From Nemertoderma westbladi (Eukaryota; Animalia; Xenacoelomorpha): a DNA stretch of 50,698 nt. Shown here piece by piece: positions 35,901 through 50,450 of this stretch. The notes beneath the pieces are model-generated. The model was not told the origin of the DNA. It saw nothing but the letters and a program-made list of their open reading frames with translations, and made no database searches. Location: positions 1-50,698 of the forward strand of contig JAUCBJ010006879.1 in assembly GCA_032718475.1 (NCBI GenBank), written 5' to 3'. The first letter of the stretch is position 1, and each line of letters opens with the position of its first letter. The translations under genes were made by a program, and so were the position numbers.

Positions 35901-38900
35901 GAATATGACATATTTATACACTATTTGGTTTTTAATCAATAAATAATCATACATATTTATATTAAACACTCGAATAAAATAAAAACTTTGTGAGAATGGG
36001 ACACGGCGAATCTACTCATGTTAATTTTATACCAGATGGGATAAATGTTAGCCCTCTAAATAATTAATTACCGATAGAAGAACCGAAATAATTCGATAAA
36101 TTTCGCCCGAAAATCACGAAAATCGCCCTCTAGCGGCAGACGGGTGAACTTCAGACGACTCTGAGTATTACGTTGCAACGAGTTAGAGCGAGACCTTTCT
36201 AACGAGCTATAGCAAGCGAGATTTCATCGAGATGGGTTCGATTGTATAGCTGATGACAAACAGACAGACAGACAGACAATGCATATTTATATATATTACT
36301 AGAAAGCCTGTGGCCCTTCGGGCCACAGCTTTCTAGTGCACGTGCAGATGATATATGAATATGTGTGGGAGATTTGAGAACTGCATACGGAACAGACACC
36401 ATCATTAAATAAAACACCACCCCCATAAGAGATAACTGTCAAGTTTCAACTTTAGGCAGATTGTAAATAACAAAATTTCCAGAAAATGATCACTTTCAGA
36501 TCCACCCTCTACCTGCGGACTGGTGAAATGCAGACGGCGCTGCAGTTTGGTAAAGATGGGGTTTATGGTGAAGTAAAATGCCTGCCTTTCAAGTTTCAGC
36601 TTAAACAGATTGTAAATAACAAAATTGGTGTAGATGTTCACATTCAGACATTACACCCTCTAGCGGTAGACTGAAGAACTGTAGACGACTCTGGGACTCC
36701 GTAAAGATACACAATATGCTGTAGTAGATTCCTGCCAAGTTCCAGCTCAATAGGATTAAAAAGAACCAAATGGGATGAGGTGTTCACTATCAGATATGTC
36801 GCCCTCTAGCGGCAGATGGGGGGACTGTATACAACTCTGTGACTCCGTAAAGGTACAGCCTATGCTGTAGTAGATGCCTACCAAGTTTCAGTCTAAACCG
36901 TTAGTAAATAACAAAGTTGGAGAAGATGTTAACTTTCAGACATTTCACCCTCTAGCGGTAGACTGGGGAAGTGAATAGGATTCTGCAAACCCGTAAAGAT
37001 ACAGCCTATGATGTAGTAGATACCAACCAAGTTTCAGCTCAAAATGATTAAAAAGAACCAAATGGGATGAGGTATTCACTATCAGAAAATTCGGCCTCTA
37101 GCGGCTGACTGTGGAACTGTAGACGACTCTACTACTCCGCAAAGATATAGCCTATGCTATAGTAGATGCCTACCAAGTTTCAGTCTAAAAGGATTGTAAA
37201 TAAGAAAGTTGGAGGAGATGTTAACTTTCATACATTTCGCCCTCTAGCGGCAGACGCGGGTAATGTAGACAACTCTGCGCGACTCAGTAAAGATATAGCC
37301 TATGCTGTAGTAGATGCCTACCAAGTTCAGTCTAGATGGATTATAAATAACAAAGTTGGAGAAGATGTTAACTTTCAGACATTTCGCCCTCTAGCGGTAG
37401 ACTGGGGAATTGTAGACGACTCTGCCACTCAGTAAAGATACAGCCTATGCTGCAGTATATAGCTACCAAGTTTCAGCTCAAAAGCATTAAAAACAACCCA
37501 ATGAGATCAGGTTTTCACTATCGGACAATTCGCCCTCTAGCGGCAGATGGGGAAACTTCAGACGGCTCTGAGTATTACGTTGCAACGAGTTAGGGCAAGA
37601 CCTATCTAACGAGCTATAGTAAGCGAGATTTCATCGAGATTAGATGTATAATATTAGATAAAATAATAATACAGTAAGTATAGGCCTACAGAAATAATTA
37701 TTTTACTTTTAATATTCATAACAGTAAAACAAAAATGTTATAAACCTCTCCTTCCATGCAGCCAATGATTGAGAAAGCAGAATTACACTTGAGCAGTTCG
37801 CAACAGACAACCCAAACCCACCCCAATCAACACTACAGCCTGGCTTGCTCCTTATCTGTGCCCAGCTAGCTGCGATTTCAATAATTACCTTAACGTTGCT
37901 ATGATACAGAAAAAAATCCTTCCCTATATTCACTACAGCACTAAGAATAGGCCAATTCGATCGTGCTTGGCGAATATGACATATTTATACACTATTTGGT
38001 TTTTAATCAATAAATAATCATACATATTTATATTAAACACTCGAATAAAATAAAAACTTTGTGAGAATGGGACACGGCGAATCTACTCATGTTAATTTTA
38101 TACCAGATGGGATAAATGTTAGCCCTCTAAATAATTAATTACCGATAGAAGAACCGAAATAATTCGATAAATTTCGCCCGAAAATCACGAAAATCGCCCT
38201 CTAGCGGCAGACGGGTGAACTTCAGACGACTCTGAGTATTACGTTGCAACGAGTTAGAGCGAGACCTTTCTAACGAGCTATAGCAAGCGAGATTTCATCG
38301 AGATGGGTTCGATTGTATAGCTGATGACAAACAGACAGACAGACAGACAATGCATATTTATATATATTAGACTAGAAAGCCTGTGGCCCTTCGGGCCACA
38401 GCTTTCTAGTGCACGTGCAGATGATATATGAATATGTGTGGGAGATATGAGAACTGCATATGGAACAGACACCATCATTAAATAAAACACCACCCCCATA
38501 AGATATAACTGTCAAGTTTCAACTTTAGGCAGATTGTAAATAACAAAATTTCCAGAAAATGATCACTTTCAGATCCACCCTCTACCTGCGGACTGGTGAA
38601 ATGCAGACGGCGCTGCAGTTTGGTAAAGATGGGGTTTATGGTGAAGTAAAATGCCTGCCTTTCAAGTTTCAGCTTAAACAGATTGTAAATAACAAAATTG
38701 GTGTAGATGTTCACATTCAGACATTTCACCCTCTAGCGGTAGACTGAAGAACTGTAGACGACTCTGGGACTCCGTAAAGATACAGAATATGCTGTAGTAG
38801 ATTCCTGCCAAGTTCCAGCTCAATAGGATTAAAAAGAACCAAATGGGATGAGGTGTTCACTATCAGATATGTCGCCCTCTAGCGGCAGATGGGGGGACTG

Positions 38901-41900
38901 TATACAACTCTGTGACTCCGTAAAGGTACAGCCTATGTTGTAGTAGATGCCTACCAAGTTTCAGTCTAAACCGTTAGTAAATAACAAAGTTGTAGAAGAT
39001 GTTAACTTTCAGACATTTCACCCTCTAGCGGTAGACTGGGGAAGTGAATAGGATTCTGCAACCCCATAAAGATACAGCCTATGATGTAGTAGATACCAAC
39101 CAAGTTTCAGCTCAAAATGATTAAAAAGAACCAAATGGGATGAGGTTTTCACTATCAGACAATTCGCCCTCTAGCGGCCGACTGTGGAACTGTAGACGAC
39201 TCTACTACTCCGCAAAGATATAGCCTATGCTATAGTAGATGCCTACCAAGTTTCAGTCTAAAAGGATTGTAAATAACAAAGTTGGAGGAGATGTTAACTT
39301 TCATACATTTCGCCCTCTAGCGGCAGACGCGGGTAATGTAGACAACTCTGCGCGACTCAGTAAAGATATAGCCTATGCTGTAGTAGATGCCTACCAAGTT
39401 CAGTCTAAATGGATTATAAATAACAAAGTTGGAGAAGATGTTAACTTTCAGACATTTCGCCCTCTAGCGGTAGACTGGGGAATTGTAGACGACTCTGCGA
39501 CTCAGTAAAGATACAGCCTATACTGTAGTAGATGCCTACCAAGTTTCAGTCTAAACGGATTGTAAATAACAAAGTTGGAGAAGATGTTAACTCTCAGACA
39601 TTTAGCCCTCTAACGGTAGACTGGGGAACTGTGTACAACTCAGTGACTCCGGAAATATACAGCCTATGCTGCAGTATATAGCTACCTAGTTTCAGCTCAA
39701 AAGCATTAAAAACAACCCAATAAGATCAGGTTTTCACTATCGGACAATTCGCCCTCTAGCGGCAGATGGGGGAACTTCAGACGGCTCTGAGTATTACGTT
39801 GCAACGAGTTAGGGCAAGACCTATCTAACGAGCTATAGTAAGCGAGATTTCATCGAGATTAGATGTATAATATTAGATAAAATAATAATACAGTAAGTAT
39901 AGGCCTACAGAAATAATTATTTTACTTTTAATATTCATAACAGTAAAACAAAAATGTTATAAACCTCTCCTTCCATGCAGCCAATGATTGAGAAAGCAGA
40001 ATTACACTTGAGCAGTTCGCAACAGACAACCCAAACCCACCCCAATCAACACTACAGCCTGGCTTGCTCCTTATCTGTGCCCAGCTAGCTGCGATTTCAA
40101 TAATTACCTTAACGTTGCTATGATACAGAAAAAAATCCTTCCCTATATTCACTACAGCACTAAGAATAGGCCAATTCGATCGTGCTTGGCGAATATGACA
40201 TATTTATACACTATTTGGTTTTTAATCAATAAATAATCATAGATATTTATATTAAACACTCGAATAAAATAAAAACTTTGTGAGAATGGGACACGGCGAA
40301 TCTACTCATGTTAATTTTATACCAGATGGGATAAATGTTAGCCCTCTAAATAATTAATTACCGATAGAAGAACCGAAATAATTCGATAAATTTCGCCCGA
40401 AAATCACGAAAATCGCCCTCTAGCGGCAGACGGGTGAACTTCAGACGACTCTGAGTATTACGTTGCAACGAGTTAGAGCGAGACCTTTCTAACGAGCTAT
40501 AGCAAGCGAGATTTCATCGAGATGGGTTCGATTGTATAGCTGATGACAAACAGACAGACAGACAGACAGACAATGCATATTTATATATATTAGATTACTA
40601 GAAAGCCTGTGGCCCTTCGGGCCACAGCTTTCTAGTGCACGTGCAGATGATATATGAATATGTGTGGGAGATTTGAGAACTGCATACGGAACAGACACCA
40701 TCATTAAATAAAACACCACCCCCATAAGAGATAACTGTCAAGTTTCAACTTTAGGCAGATTGTAAATAACAAAATTTCCAGAAAATGATCACTTTCAGAT
40801 CCACCCTCTACCTGCGGACTGGTGAAATGCAGACGGCGCTGCAGTTTGGTAAAGATGGGGTTTATGGTGAAGTAAAATGCCTGCCTTTCAAGTTTCAGCT
40901 TAAACAGATTGTAAATAACAAAATTGGTGTAGATGTTCACATTCAGACATTTCACCCTCTAGCGGTAGACTGAAGAACTGTAGACAACTCTGGGACTCCG
41001 TAAAGATACACAATATGATGTAGTAGATTCCTGCCAAGTTCCAGCTCAATAGGATTAAAAAGAACCAAATGGGATGAGGTGTTCACTATCAGATATGTCG
41101 CCCTCTAGCGGCAGATGGGGGGACTGTATACAACTCTGTGACTCCGTAAAGGTACAGCCTATGCTGTAGTAGATGCCTACCAAGTTTCAGTCTAAACCGT
41201 TAGTAAATAACAAAGTTGGAGAAGATGTTAACTTTCAGACATTTCACCCTCTAGCGGTAGACTGGGGAAGTGAATAGGATTCTGCAAACCCGTAAAGATA
41301 CAGCCTATGATGTAGTAGATACCAACCAAGTTTCAGCTCAAAATGATTAAAAAGAACCAAATGGGATGAGGTATTCACTATCAGAAAATTCGCCCTCTAG
41401 CGGCTGACTGTGGAACTGTAGACGACTCTACTACTCCGCAAAGATATAGCCTATGCTATAGTAGATGCCTACCAAGTTTCAGTCTAAAAGGATTGTAAAT
41501 AAGAAAGTTGGAGGAGATGTTAACTTTCATACATTTCGCCCTCTAGCGGCAGACGCGGGTAATGTAGACAACTCTGCGCGACTCAGTAAAGATATAGCCT
41601 ATGCTGTAGTAGATGCCTACCAAGTTCAGTCTAGATGGATTATAAATAACAAAGTTGGAGAAGATGTTAACTTTCAGACATTTCGCCCTCTGGCGGTAGA
41701 CTGGGGAATTGTAGACGACTCTGCCACTCAGTAAAGATGCAGCCTATGCTGCAGTATATAGCTACCAAGTTTCAGCTCAAAAGCATTAAAAACAACCCAA
41801 TGAGATCAGGTTTTCACTATCGGACAATTCGCCCTCTAGCGGCAGATGGGGAAACTTCAGACGGCTCTGAGTATTACGTTGCAACGAGTTAGGGCAAGAC

Positions 41901-44894
41901 CTATCTAACGAGCTATAGTAAGCGAGATTTCATCGAGATTAGATGTATAATATTAGATAAAATAATAATACAGTAAGTATAGGCCTACAGAAATAATTAT
42001 TTTACTTTTAATATTCATAACAGTAAAACAAAAATGTTATAAACCTCTCCTTCCATGCAGCCAATGATTGAGAAAGCAGAATTACACTTGAGCAGTTCGC
42101 AACAGACAACCCAAACCCACCCCAATCAACACTACAGCCTGGCTTGCTCCTTATCTGTGCCCAGCTAGCTGCGATTTCAATAATTACCTTAACGTTGCTA
42201 TGATACAGAAAAAAATCCTTCCCTATATTCACTACAGCACTAAGAATAGGCCAATTCGATCGTGCTTGGCGAATATGACATATTTATACACTATTTGGTT
42301 TTTAATCAATAAATAATCATACATATTTATATTAAACACTCGAATAAAATAAAAACTTTGTGAGAATGGGACACGGCGAATCTACTCATGTTAATTTTAT
42401 ACCAGATGGGATAAATGTTAGCCCTCTAAATAATTAATTACCGATAGAAGAACCGAAATAATTCGATAAATTTCGCCCGAAAATCACGAAAATCGCCCTC
42501 TAGCGGCAGACGGGTGAACTTCAGACGACTCTGAGTATTACGTTGCAACGAGTTAGAGCGAGACCTTTCTAACGAGCTATAGCAAGCGAGATTTCATCGA
42601 GATGGGTTCGATTGTATAGCTGATGACAAACAGACAGACAGACAGACAATGCATATTTATATATATTAGATTACTAGAAAGCCTGTGGCCCTTCGGGCCA
42701 CAGCTTTCTAGTGCACGTGCAGATGATATATGAATATGTGTGGGAGATTTGAGAACTGCATACGGAACAGACACCATCATTAAATAAAACACCACCCCCA
42801 TAAGAGATAACTGTCAATTTTCAACTTTAGGCACATTGTAAATAACAAAATTTCCAGAAAATGATCACTTTCAGATCCACCCTCTACCTGCGGACTGGTG
42901 AAATGCAGACGGCGCTGCAGTTTGGTAAAGATGGGGTTTATGGTGAAGTAAAATGCCTGCCTTTCAAGTTTCAGCTTAAACAGATTGTAAATAACAAAAT
43001 TGGTGTAGATGTTCACATTCAGACATTTCACCCTCTAGCGGTAGACTGAAGAACTGTAGACAACTCTGGGACTCCGTAAAGATACACAATATGATGTAGT
43101 AGATTCCTGCCAAGTTCCAGCTCAATAGGATTAAAAAGAACCAAATGGGATGAGGTTTTCACTACCAGACAATTCGCCCTCTAGCGGCTGACTGTGGAAC
43201 TGTAGACGACTCTACTACTCCGCAAAGATATAGCCTATGCTATAGTAGATGCCTACCAAGTTTCAGTCTAAACCGTTAGTAAATAACAAAGTTGGAGAAG
43301 CTGTTAACTTTCAGACATTTCACTCTCTAGCGGTAGACTGGGGAAGTGAATAGGATTCTGCAACCCCGTAAAGATACAGCCTATGATGTAGTAGATACCA
43401 GCCAAGTTTCAGCTCAAAATGATTAAAAATAACCAAATGGGATGAGGTTTTCACTATCAGACAATTCGCCCTCTAGCGGCTGACTGTGGAACTGTAGACG
43501 ACTCTACTACTCCGCAAAGATATAGCCTATGCTATAGTAGATGCCTACCAAGTTTCAGTCTAAAAGGATTGTAAATAACAAAGTTGGAGGAGATGTTAAC
43601 TTTCATACATTTCGCCCTCTAGCGGCAGACGCGGGTAATGTAGACAACTCTGCGCGACTCAGTAAAGATATAGCCTATGCTGTAGTAGATGCCTACCAAG
43701 TTCAGTCTAAATGGATTATAAATAACAAAGTTGGAGAAGATGTTAACTTTCAGACATTTCGCCCTCTAGCGGTAGACTGGGGAATTGTAGACGACTCTGC
43801 GACTCAGTAAAGATACAGCCTATGCTGTAGTAGATGCCTACCAAGTTTCAGTCTAAACGGATTGTAAATAACAAAGTTGGAGAAGATGTTAACTCTCAGA
43901 CATTTGGCCCTCTAACGGTAGACTGGGGAACTGTAGACAACTCTGTGACTCCGGAAATATACAGCCTATGCTGCAGTATATAGCTACCAAGTTTCAGCTC
44001 AAAGGCATTAAAAACAACCCAATGAGATCAGGTTTTCACTATCGGACAATTCGCCCTCTAGCGGCAGATGGGGGAACTTCAGACGGCTCTGAGTCTTACG
44101 TTGCAACGAGTTAGGGCGAGACCTATCTAACGAGCTATAGTAAGCGAGATTTCATCGAGATTAGATGTATAATATTAGATAAAATAATAATACAGTAAGT
44201 ATAGGCCTACAGAAATAATTATTTTACTTTTAATATTCATAACAGTAAAACAAAAATGTTATAAACCTCTCCTTCCATGCAGCCAATGATTGAGAAAGCA
44301 GAATTACACTTGAGCAGTTCGCAACAGACAACCCAAACCCACCCCAATCAACACTCCAGCCTGGCTTGCTCCTTATCTGTGCCCAGCTAGCTGCGATTTC
44401 AATAATTACCTTAACGTTGCTATGATACAGAAAAAAATCCTTCCCTATTCACTACAGCACTAAGAATAGGCCAATTCGATCGTGCTTGGCGAATATGACA
44501 TATTTATACACTATTTGATTTTTAATCAATAAATAATCATACATATTTATATTAAACACTCGAATAAAATAAAAACTTTGTGAGAATGGGACACGGCGAA
44601 TCTACCCATGTTAATTTTATACCAGGTGGGATAAATGTTAGCCCTCTAAATCATTAATTACCGATAGAAGAACCGAAATAATTCGATAAATTTCGCCCGA
44701 AAATCACGAAAATCGCCCTCTAGCGGCAGACGGGTGAACTTCAGACGACTCTGAGTATTACGCTGCAACGAGTTAGGGCGAGACCTTTCTAACGAGCTAT
44801 AGCAAGCGAGATTTCATCGAGATGGGTTCGATTGTATAGCCGATGACAAACACACAGACAGACAGACAGACAATCGATATTTATATATATTAGA
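29935..44894 (-). mobile_element. Head-to-tail array of seven non-autonomous Helitrons (units start at 29935, 32152, 34228, 36299, 38372, 40598, 42674; 2071-2226 bp each)
   Basis: On the minus strand, units begin TCTAATATATATAAA..(TGTC)n (the TC is missing at two junctions) and end in a GC-rich hairpin + CTAG. The array sits in an A^T target with no TSD. Internal ~146-bp subrepeats; no Rep/helicase ORF. Confidence 0.92.
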
Positions 44895-45309
44895 TTATAT
44901 TATATATATTATACATATATGTATGGTTTGGTTGAGTAAGGGGCGAGGACCATAGACTGAAGGTGTAGGATGCAAATATAAATTTAGACTATACGATAAT
45001 GCATATATAATATAATAAGCAGAATAAGCATATAATATGATGACGACAGGAGTACAGCAATACCCTTCACCGGTACCGTAGCATAATCAAATAGGCAATA
45101 TACAGAGTAGAACAGACCAGTACTGATATCAGTACAGTAGTAAGTAAACCTACATCTACTAGTATATAGTCTGATACTGTGAAAGGCCATGGCCTATCCA
45201 TAGTCCTACACCTCCCCACTACTCTCAATGAATGTATTTCTTAGTCACTTTCATTTAGAGTTCCTCAATTAGTCTCTTTGGTTTTCGGCAGGTATGGACA
45301 GGACGATGC

Positions 45310-45565
45310 TGTACAGTAGGATGTATACTCAATATCTAATATGGACCTTCATTATATGTGTGCATAAACAATGCCACATATTACTATGTGTTTAGTTCTA
45401 TGTTTGTATTCTGTACAGTGCACTCAGCTGAAGGTTTTTAGTAATATTAATTAATGGTGGTGGATTGTCTCACATATATGTCAAGCTATCCATTGAGAAA
45501 AATATTAAAAGCATTTTGTCCTAAATAATATAATATTATTTTATTGATTTATGTTCAACCGAACA
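45310..45565 (+). repeat. 5' LTR (TG...CA, ~256 bp)
   Basis: Direct repeat of 50451-50698 and immediately followed by the PBS. Confidence 0.9.
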
Positions 45566-45576
45566 TGGCGCTGCGA
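45566..45576 (+). promoter_or_regulatory. Primer-binding site TGGCGCTGCGA (probably tRNA-Ser)
   Basis: Begins with TGG immediately after the LTR CA. The tRNA-Ser assignment comes from recalled tRNA 3' ends and was not searched. Confidence 0.7.
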
Positions 45577-45673
45577 TTGGAAAATAAAACTAACAATTTA
45601 CTTAATTATTTTAAAATTAATTAAATATTATTTATACATTATTTAATTCATTGAATGTTTTATTATAATCACA

Positions 45674-48600
45674 ATGGATGCTACATTAAATAAATTAAAG
45701 AACTCTCGTTCTGCACACTATGGCTACTGTGGAAAAGTACTGCGAAGACTTGACATAGCCCACGATGAATATCTCCACTCAAATATAGAGAATATTACAG
45801 TTGAAGACATCGAAGAAATGGAGAACATGGTAGAATAATTCAGTGCAGCCATAGAGCGATATTTCAATGCTCATCTCCTTGTCCAGGAAATTGAGCCCAC
45901 AGCTGAAGATGATACACATACACTTCGCATCGACGAATTTCAAACCCAAATTTTAACATCCAGAAAAGCAATTAAACTAGCTACCCGTCTGTATCATGAG
46001 TCTACTCGAGTAACAAATGCTAATACCTCTTCTACTGCAAACCATGACGTCACAGATACGCGACCTCGTCCAGGTTCGAATTTCCGTATTGACAGGAATA
46101 GTCAACCACAAGAACTATGTACTTCAATATCTTTGCAATCTTTCAAGATATGGCACAACAAGTTTTCTGTCCATTATCGAATTAACAATATGCGCCACAT
46201 GGAACCAGGAGATCAGTTTGGTCATTTATTTGCATGTCTATCAAGTGAAATGATTACAAAATTGAGATTTACTATGGGCATAACTATTAACACACGAAAA
46301 CCAGTAGAACAAATTTTAACTGAAATAGAACAGTATTTTACAGAAAAATCCAGCTTAGCAAGGAGACGTTGTGATTACGAAAGATGTCACCAATCAGCAG
46401 GCGAATCTTTTGAAAACTTTTACGAACGCCTTCTTAGCTTACAAGAGTTAACCGAACCAGAAACAGGTTGCACTTGTGCAGACAACCATCTGGTCACCCG
46501 CATGATGTGCGGAATTAATAATATGGAATTACAAAGGAAGCTGTTTGCATTACAACCTACAAAACTCACAGTTAAACATGTTAGGAGCGTATGCATTGCT
46601 CATGAGCGAGGAGATACTGAAACTAGTGCGTTATCAAACCCAATTTCCACTTCTGCTCAGCAGGTTTCAACGACTGAAATTGATTATGAACAAGCACATT
46701 ATTCCATGATGGCACATCTCTCAAAATTGTCAGATGATGACTCTATTCAAGCACTGCAAGTATTGCAATCCCTCCCTCCAAAGTTCAACAAAATTTACCC
46801 AAACAAGTCTACAAGCAATAATACAACAAGCAGATCAAACTCAGCTTGCTGTTGGTGCGGTGAAAATGTTGGAATGATGCACCGAATCAACAGATCCAGA
46901 TGTCCAGCAAGCCACCACCAATGTCCCAAGTGCAATAAATATGGTCACTTCCAATCTGTTTGTTTATTCATCCCGAAACATTCATCATCGACAAACAATC
47001 GACATATTCAGAAAAATGTCAACCAACCGCAATATAAAAACCAGACCCATCAGGTATATGTACCCGACGAAGAATACTCAACCATTGGGGAGGAATTCTT
47101 TGTAAACACTATTAATACATGGATTGATCACGAATCTAAAGTAGATAATACAATTAATCCTATTGGATCTGTAATTCATATATCTCATGATGTATCTAAA
47201 ACACCGACACTTGAAATGATTGCTCGGAGCGCACCCCATATCAGGATCATGGTAAAGGGACAAAATAATCACAGTTTCATATGCAATGCTCTGCCAGATA
47301 CAGGAGCTGATGCGCCAATTATTCCATATGACCTCCTCTTGAAAAATGGCTTAGAAACAGAAATAAATACCGATATAATACCGAAAATATACGCCGCTAA
47401 TAAGCAATTAATTCAAGCTTGTGGAATTATATCACTCAATATTCAATACTATGGTACTGATGTAAAAGTCCTTGCAGTTGTCACAAAGGTTGGCTCAACT
47501 TTTATTATACCTTGGTTCACATTGAAATCTTTAAACATAGTACCAGAATCATTCCCTATTCCAGAGCATACAGTAAGCCAAGTACAAGCAATAAATGATG
47601 TTGACTCTATTCGTAAGGAATTAATAGAAGAATTTAAGGATGTTTTCGATGATTCAAAATTCATGCCCATGAACATTCCTCCAATGGAAATACATCTCAA
47701 ACCAGGAGCCATACCTTATAAGTTGAAAGTCTCCCGAAAAATACCAATACATTTGGAGGCTGAAACAAAAGCAGAACTTGCAAAAATGACAAGGCTTGGT
47801 ATCATTAAGAAAGTAGAACTGAATACAGGAAAACCTCCTCCAGAATGGATAGCACCAATGGTAGTAATTAAAAAACCAAGAGGGGGAATCCGGATTTGTA
47901 TAGATTATACAAAGCTCAATGAATTTGTTGAACGACCAATACACCCTTTTAAATGCCCAGCTGACATAGTAAGCAGCATCAAACCAAATGCAGAATTTTT
48001 CTCTACAGCAGACGCAGTAAAAGGATACTGGCAAATACCACTTGATGAGTCTAGTCAACCACTTACGACATTTATATCACCCTGGGGATGCTATATGTTT
48101 GTACGTGCCCCAATGGGTCTCAGTTCTACTGGGGATGTGTTCTGCATTTGGGGAGACGAAGCTTTCAGTGGTTTAGAGAATCTAGAAAAAATAGTCGACG
48201 ATCTATTAGTTCACACTGTATCATTTGAAGAACACAAAGAATCAGTTCGGGCTATTCTAGAACGGTGCAGAGAATATCGTATAACTCTATCAAAAGAAAA
48301 GTTTATATTCGGACAACCGGAAGTCGAATTTGTGGGCCTTCGTATTGGACGTGAGGGGATTCGTGGTGACCCAAGTAAATTACGAGCAATTAAAGAATTC
48401 CCAGTTCCAAAAACCTTAAAGGAGTTACGTTCTTTTCTAGGACTTATTCACCAGCTGAACATGTTTTCAGACAAAATTGCCCCAACATCGGCACCACTGA
48501 AGGAATTATTAAGCTCAAAAAATACTTTTCGTTGGACTGATGAACACACTGCTAATTTTGAAGATATCAAAGCTACTATGATTTCTTTACCTATTCTGAA

Positions 48601-50401
48601 ACCATTCGATATGAACCTGGAAACAGCACTATTTACAGATGCATCAAGAAATGGATTGGGCTTTGTCCTCATGCAGAAACATAACGCAGGTTGGCGTATA
48701 GTTCAATGTGGGAGCAGGTTTATCACAACGACTGAAGCGAACTGGGCAGTTTGCGAACTCGAACTTCTTGGAGTTGTATGGGCAGTCAAGAAATGTCGAA
48801 CATATCTTTTAGGATGTCCACGAATTATAATAAAGACTGATCACAAACCATTACGCTCCATTTTAAATGACAAATTGCTCAATGCTATCGATAATGTTCG
48901 ACTGCAGCGACTGAAAGAGAAATTAATGGGTTATAATATAAGAGCTGAGTGGATTCCGGGTAAAGATAACATAATAGCTGACACTTTATCACGTTCTCCA
49001 GTCGATAAACCAACACCAGGTGACTCAGATTTCGCTGAAGATGTTGCCTTACATGTTCGTTCTGTTATGTCTGTTTTGACCAAAGAAATAGATCCAGCAT
49101 ACAAACTTCTATATGATGCTGCTAAAAATGATGAACATTACGATATACTTCGTTACATCATTATTAATGGTTTATCTTCACCTAACCAATTACCCTCGAC
49201 TTTAACTCCATATAAAAATATACTTCCAGAATTATCAATCCAAGATGGTCTTATTGTCTTAGGAAACCGTATAGTAGTGCCGATACAAGCTAGGGGAGAA
49301 ATACTTCGCCGTCTACATGCCTCACACCAGGGAGTGCGCCGTACTATCGAACGGGCACGCCAGCTTTATTACTGGCCAGGTTTTCGAAGTGCTATTAGGA
49401 ACACTATCGAAGCATGTGAACTGTGCCAAGTCCACAAGGCAAGCCAATGTCAAGAGCCCCTTATACAGGAATCACTTCCAAAACGGCCATTTGAAAGGGT
49501 TTCCTCAGACATATTTAGCTATGGAGGAAATTATTTCATGGTTTATGTCGATCGGTACAGTGGGTGGCCAAATGTATTCTTCTTTGGCAAGACTGTCCCC
49601 ACTACCACATCTGTTAAAACAAAGATGGCTGAATGGTTTTGCGACATGGGAGTGCCAATTAAACTCAGAACCGATGGGGGATCTCAATATACTTCACGTG
49701 AATTTAAACAATTTTGTGAAGACTGGTCTATAAATCATGCTATCAGCAGTGCCCATTACCCCCAGTCAAACGGACACGCTGAAGCTGCAGTAAAGTCTAT
49801 GAAAGCTCTTGCAAAGAAAAGCACCTCAGCAAATGGCAATTTCGACAAATTGACCTTTATAGAAGGTCTTCTCGAATGGAGGAACACCCACATAATTCAG
49901 AACACCCATCACCCTCAGCGACTAACAAGAACGCGTTTACCCACAAGCCGTAGCCTAATGGATATTCACTGGGGTGATCAATTGGATAATGCTGAGAAAA
50001 TGGCTGCCCGTCGAAAACGTGAAGAGTTTGCAAGCAAACAACGCTATGATAATCATGCTCATACCCTACCAATCTTGAACATAGGAACAATGGTATATAT
50101 CCAAGACACAGTTACTGGCAAGTGGGATCGATTTGGCAAAATCACATCCATGCGAAATGAAGAAAACAATAGGCGCAGTTACTACGTGCTGCTTCCATCA
50201 GGACGAGTATTCCTGCGCAACAGACGATTTCTACGACCTATGCCTATCATTTCGACAGATTCATCTACCATGTCGACTCACGACACTAAAACTCTTAAAT
50301 CTCCTTCCATGCCTGTACATAATTACCCGGATGTATTACGACGTGGCACACGGGAGAGACGACCACCGATCCGTTACCAAGCAACGAAACTGACTCAATA
50401 A
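45674..50401 (+). CDS. Gag-Pol polyprotein with an in-frame TAA at 45836-45838
   Basis: ATG at 45674 is in frame with ORF 46133-50401. Knuckle CCWCG..H..CPASHHQCPKCNKYGHFQSVC; protease LPDTGA; RT ICIDYTKLN, GYWQIPL, IVDD; RNase H TDAS/ELE/TDHKPL; integrase HASHQG..CELC, SSD, TDGG, SNGHAE. Confidence 0.9.
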
Positions 50402-50450
50402 TCAACGTCTATATTGTTCCTTTAAATACGACCAATAGACTGGGGCGGCA

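Noticed and set aside
30041-43810. Recurrent 62-89 aa ORFs in every array unit
   Set aside because: No recognisable domains; they recur only because the DNA units are nearly identical.
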